In this document: positions 58,942 through 64,000 of the stretch, one piece after another
Numbering within the stretch: the stretch's first letter is position 1
How the letters are laid out: each line of letters starts with the position of its first letter
Origin: Rotaria socialis
Taxonomy: Eukaryota
Reading direction: 5' to 3'
Length of the DNA: 64,000 nucleotides
Assembly: GCA_905331295.1 (NCBI GenBank)
Contig: CAJNYD010000012.1
Span: forward strand, 310,001-374,000
Made by a program: the position numbers and the translations under genes
Notes under the pieces: generated by a model
What the model was told of the DNA's origin: nothing
Database searches by the model: none
What the model saw: the letters and a program-made list of their open reading frames with translations, nothing else

Positions 58942-59484
58942 ATGATCAAAGCTGTACTTGTATTTAATACTCGTGGTCAAGTACGTCTTATAAGATTTTT
59001 TGACTCATGTTCAACGGAATTACAACAAAAATTACTCCGTGAATCTTATCAAATAATATCAAAACGTGATATGAACGCATGCAACTTTGTTGAACACAAT
59101 GATTACAAATTGGTATATCGTCATTATGCAACACTTTATTTCGTATTTGTTATTGATTCAACTGAGTCCGAATATGATATTTTTGAATTAATTCATACAT
59201 TTGTACAATGTCTAGATCAATATTTTGAAAATGTTTGTGAACTTGATTTAATATTTCATTCAGATAAAGCCAATCATATATTAAATGAATTTTTTATGGG
59301 TGGTTTTATGATTGAACGTAATTCGGATTTAGTTTTAAATGATATACGTACTCAGCTACGTTTAGAACGGCAGGATTCTGGTGTTTTCAAGCATGTTGGA
59401 TCAAAAATAAAATCTGCTGTTGACTCAAAGACTGAGCGAATAAAAATGGACATGGAGAAAAAATTTGATGGTCAATTACATTAG
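58942..59484 (+). CDS. AP3S1: AP-3 complex sigma subunit-like, intronless and divergent (180 aa)
   Basis: MIKAVLVFN, YRHYATLYFVF, FENVCELDLIFH, MGG plus a sigma3-type C-terminal extension; first ATG at 58942. Confidence 0.85.
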   Translation: MIKAVLVFNTRGQVRLIRFFDSCSTELQQKLLRESYQIISKRDMNACNFVEHNDYKLVYRHYATLYFVFVIDSTESEYDIFELIHTFVQCLDQYFENVCELDLIFHSDKANHILNEFFMGGFMIERNSDLVLNDIRTQLRLERQDSGVFKHVGSKIKSAVDSKTERIKMDMEKKFDGQLH

Positions 59485-60593
59485 AAAGAAAGAAAACAAT
59501 TGAATTTATCTTATTCTTCTTTTTTGTTTTGTATCTGGATTTGTAAATTTCATAGTAAAAATAAGATAAGCTACTGGAACAACAATAAGAGCCAAAACTA
59601 ATGTAAGACTAAAAGATAATAAAATAAAATATGTCTGCCGATCAGGTTTTATCCAAAAGGCAGTTGTGTTATATCACGTTTATGATAAAAACCTGAATAG
59701 ATTTCACCAATCTATTCAAAAAAGAGAAAATTAATTTTTTCTCAAACCACTAATTATTAAACTTACAAGAATCGATTGCTTAATATTAATCGGTTTTTTT
59801 TTGGAATCACACTAAAATGAATACTACTAAGTTCATCGTCATCATCATCTTCATGTTCAATAGTGACATTATATCGAACAACAAAGTCACGTATACATTC
59901 ACATAATGTATGATCAGTACAATTTTCTATCAAGCAAGTCCGTGTGAATCATTTGACTGTAGTCGATGTATCGATTTTTTTGATAATTCTGAGTCAATCC
60001 TTCGATTAAGTTTATTCGAATTGATGTTAATAGAAATATGTATATAGACGAACAGAATATCATTATCATTGTTTTGTTGCCACAATAAGAAAAAAAAGCA
60101 GATATTATTAAATTTGAGAGTATTCTATTGTTATCGATGGCAAAATTGTTTTTTGTGAAACTAGCACAGGTGCATAAATGAAGATGAAATCGCGAAGATA
60201 CAAAAGCAGTATTGTATTCAAATATAACATTATCTTTTTCATGTTCTTATGTTAATTGCCGCACACTGATTACTATCGAAATTACACAATTTAATCTATC
60301 TTAAATTGCAGTACAATTGATTTACTTATTCTTACTTTGCCTATATTAGTAGAATATGTAACTCAAATAAAAAACAATAGATAAGTAACTTGTATCGCCG
60401 TCGTTTCATAAAAGGTAATTTACTTATTGTTTCATAAGTGTATATCAACCCTTCAATTTATTCGTATGAAAGAATCAATATCAATATTATTACTAATTTG
60501 ATATATGTGATAATAATAGAAAGAAGTCCCTGTAGACGTATTACATACAGAATGCTATCGTTCATCAAACTTGATTTAAATAGTTTCGAAGAG

Positions 60594-61193
60594 GGAACCG
60601 GGAATTTAAGCACAGGAAAAGTCAGCACGGATAGATCAGCAAGGAATAATCAGCACGTAGAAGTTCAGCACAAGATCAATTCAGCACAGGAAGAATAAGC
60701 ACATTTATTCATCAGCACCAAAATTAAATACTAATAAATTTTAATCATAGGATTTTTTCAAATAATAAGAAAAATAAGAATAATTCGAAATTGAAAACGA
60801 AAAATTATTTCGACTTCAATTTGTAGTTGATGAACTCAACAACACATTCAACAAGATGAAATCAACTATTTTTATATTGAAAATGACTCCACTGTATTGA
60901 GTCGAAAGCTCTAGTAGAAATCAATTATTTATTTTATTATAAAAGAACTAGATAAGCAACTACAAATTGAAGCCGAAATAATTTTTCGTTTTCAATTTCG
61001 AATTATTCTTATTTTTCTTATTATTTGAAAAAATCCTATGATTAAAATTTATTAGGATTTAATTGTGGTGCTGATGAATAAATGTGCTTATTCTTCCTGT
61101 GCTGAATTGATCTTGTGCTGAACTTCTACGTGCTGATTATTCCTTGCTGATCTATCCGTGCTGACTTTTCCTGTGCTTAACTTTCACCAATCC
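60594..61193. mobile_element. Mutator-like foldback element (600 bp)
   Basis: Near-perfect 224-bp inverted arms 60606-60829 / 60957-61180; GG..CC ends; internal CAGCAC subrepeats; 10-bp TSD TTTCGAAGAG (60584-60593) / TTCCGAAGAG (61194-61203). Confidence 0.88.
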
Positions 61194-62634
61194 TTCCGAA
61201 GAGTAGTCTAAATGTAAAAAAGATTTCATTTCATGACTTTCAATCATCAGATTACATCGATAGATCATCAATGCATTTTTACAGTGCTGACATTTTAATT
61301 AAATGAGAACTTCGACGAAAAGAAATTTCATTTAATATTCATCTTATAATTTGACAATTTTTAATCATGAAATAAGTCACTTTTTTCGACGATAAGATTG
61401 ATTTGAAAACTTTATACCGATATATGCCAACAATAAAAATATATTAACGATCTCTCGAAATGCGCAATCTATCGCTACAGCTACATTCTCACATTATTCG
61501 ATTGTTTCTTAGAATAATTCTATTGTTTCAAATAGAATGTTGACTCGTGTGTTGATGCGAACACTTGAAACGTCACACACAAAAATTCATTTGTTTGTAG
61601 AAAGCAAATGATTTCTACATGAAAGTGTTGTTGAAAAGTTCGAGTAGTGATCCTGACATTTTAGATAGCATAGTAACATAAACAAAAATAATATCATGCT
61701 GTATTTTTCGAGTTCAATCAATGCGATTCTTTGTTAGGAAAAAGAACAACGTATTATTTGACTTATTCAAACAATATGAGCTGAGTAGAGAAAAATGTTA
61801 GTTGACTGTCAATCGTTTGTTATCTAAAACTAACATAAATTTACAGAGTCTTATAGAAATTTCATTAATCACTCTTTCGTAACCATTCCAAGATCGTTTT
61901 TCTTTCTCCTTTGTTCATGCTCTATTGTAACTATTTAACATTTGGAAATTATCATCTTCCCATGGTTCTTTTTTTTTTCATTCCATAGCTTTCATTATTG
62001 TACAGTGAGATTCTACACCAACTAAACGCTTAAAAATAAAATCGCGATATGAACATTGTTTCTTCCATGAGAAAACTTTTATAATACGTAATATTTTTGC
62101 TTTGTTCGTAACGTTTTAAGACTTGAATAAGTTGATTTTAAAAAGTCTGATTGATTCATTGGTTTCAGAAATTTGAATAATATAATACTCTCTTCTTGAT
62201 AACTACTACTATTCTCATACGAGAAAAGGTCATGCAATTTCATCTCGATTGAAATATCAAGACACCTTGTATAGGTTCATTCAGTGAGCAACAAATCGTT
62301 ATCGATATATATGTTCGCTTTCGTCGATATTCAGAATCTATGAAATCTCCCATCAGTACATATATCTACACTTATGTTAAGCACGTGTGTTACTGAGGAT
62401 AGTTTCATGTTAGAATTTTTCTTAACAAAAAATTCAAATCATCGGCAAATCAACAACGACTAGTCTTGAATTCTCTACTTAAATGACCGCATGGACGAAT
62501 CGAAGAAAGAAAAAAGAAAGATTTTAACGGTCGAACAAAAGTCTTCGTCGTCATATAAATACTTCGAGTTCATCGTATTCGTATTCAACTACCATCTCAT
62601 ATTTTGTTCGACTTGAAATTTGATATAACCCATA

Positions 62635-63529
62635 ATGTCAAACGATTTTACAACTACAGACTCTTCTCTCTATACATCGTCAAGTGTTAATGAAACTCTG
62701 CGTTTATCAACCGATTCGGGCCAAGGAATGGATACTACTACTACTAGCCAACAACAATCGAATCAAACAACAAATAGTAGTGAAAATCGTCAAAAAAAGA
62801 ATGAACACGTATCTCGTTCGAAAAAAGCTGTAAGTTAGATTTTATACTTTTGGTAAATAACTAGTACATAAACTGTATCAATAGAATTTGATATTTTCTG
62901 TCAGTCGTGTCGAAAATCGCTTACGCAAAGGTCGATATGCAGAACGTCTTGGTTCAACAGCACCGGTTTACTTAGCGGGTGTACTAGAATATTTAGTAAG
63001 TTATAATTCATTTTTATTATTTAAAATTATTGTAATGTATTTGAATAGGTGGCTGAAGTAGTTGAACTAGCTGGTGATATTACACACAAATCTAAACGTA
63101 AACGTATTACTCCTAGAGATATTGCTTTAGTGATCAAGAATGATGATGAACTTGTACGTTTTATTTTTCTACATTTTTTTATGACTTTTGCTTTTGCTAT
63201 TGCTTATTAGAATACATTGTGTTCTGATGTAACCATTCCAGAAGGTGGCGTTCAACCATTCATTCACCAGGTCAGCTTATTATTAGACAATATTTTTCTA
63301 ATTTTAATATATATATGTAATTTCATTGAAGGTGTTACTTAATACCAGCAAACGTCGTCGCAGTTATCGAATTCAATCACGTCAAAACAATGTCGAAAAA
63401 TTATCTTCGAATAAGACGAAGTCCAAAAACAAGCAATTAACGTTCAGTACTAATATGAATACAGATACCGATGATCATTTGTCGCCGTATTCATCGGATT
63501 TAAATGATAGTGGTGTACAAATGCAGTGA
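62635..63529 (+). CDS. H2A: Divergent histone H2A variant with long N- and C-terminal extensions (222 aa)
   Basis: Exons 62635-62829, 62885-62995, 63049-63153, 63211-63270, 63332-63529 splice to [92 protein letters not shown]. Confidence 0.93.
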
Positions 63530-64000
63530 ACAGTTGTTTTTTTATTGATTTACGATAGTTTTTTCGATAACAGTTTTTCTTAAAAGACTGACTTATTTTT
63601 GATACTGACAACATACTTAAGACTTTCGTTTTTAAACTTTTTTATATATAGTTCTATTTGTTTTCTAAATATCTTCCTCTACATGTTAAACTCGATTATT
63701 TATAGTCAATAAAGAAATGCCGCTGATTAAACAATAACTATTTATAATCAAAACTGATTCTAAAATATTCAAGAAGACCATGAGAGTTCTTACTCTTATA
63801 ACAATTACCGTGATATTTGACTACTATGTATAAGAGACGCTTGCTTGTTTTCTTTGTCTTGTTCAATATCTTGTTCTCCATTTTTGGCCCAATACTGTGT
63901 TCCAACGATATTCTAGATTGAGAAAATTTGCAATTAATGACATGAAATATTGAAAAAATAAAATTTTATCAGAATCTGACCTAACAACCTAAACATTATA

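Noticed and set aside
60438..60698. 86-aa ORF
   Set aside because: Runs into the foldback element arm; non-ATG start.

Overview
AT-rich eukaryotic genomic DNA with many short (~50-60 bp) GT-AG introns. The gene content, notably an ART-domain gene and an extended-tail H2A, suggests a bdelloid rotifer (inference). Nine protein-coding genes were reconstructed by hand: a partial receiver-like/ADP-ribosyltransferase gene (-); an odd-skipped-related zinc-finger gene (-) whose finger exons are absent from the ORF track; a co-oriented + strand housekeeping run CNOT1, mitochondrial AlaRS (AARS2), PSMC5/Rpt6, PEX6; then, after a 12.5-kb gene-free region, a protocadherin, an intronless divergent AP-3 sigma subunit and a 5-exon histone H2A variant with long N- and C-tails. 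Several non-autonomous DNA transposons are present (hAT MITE with 8-bp TSD, Mutator-like foldback, Helentron/HINE-like element, an inverted MITE pair). The top hypothesis concerns AARS2 and PSMC5: the AARS2 start codon appears split by an intron (AT|G), and its stop codon TAG doubles as a good splice acceptor 40 nt before the PSMC5 ATG. The two genes may therefore share one promoter and leader exon, with 3' splice choice creating or destroying the AARS2 start codon. All splice structures are predictions without RNA data.
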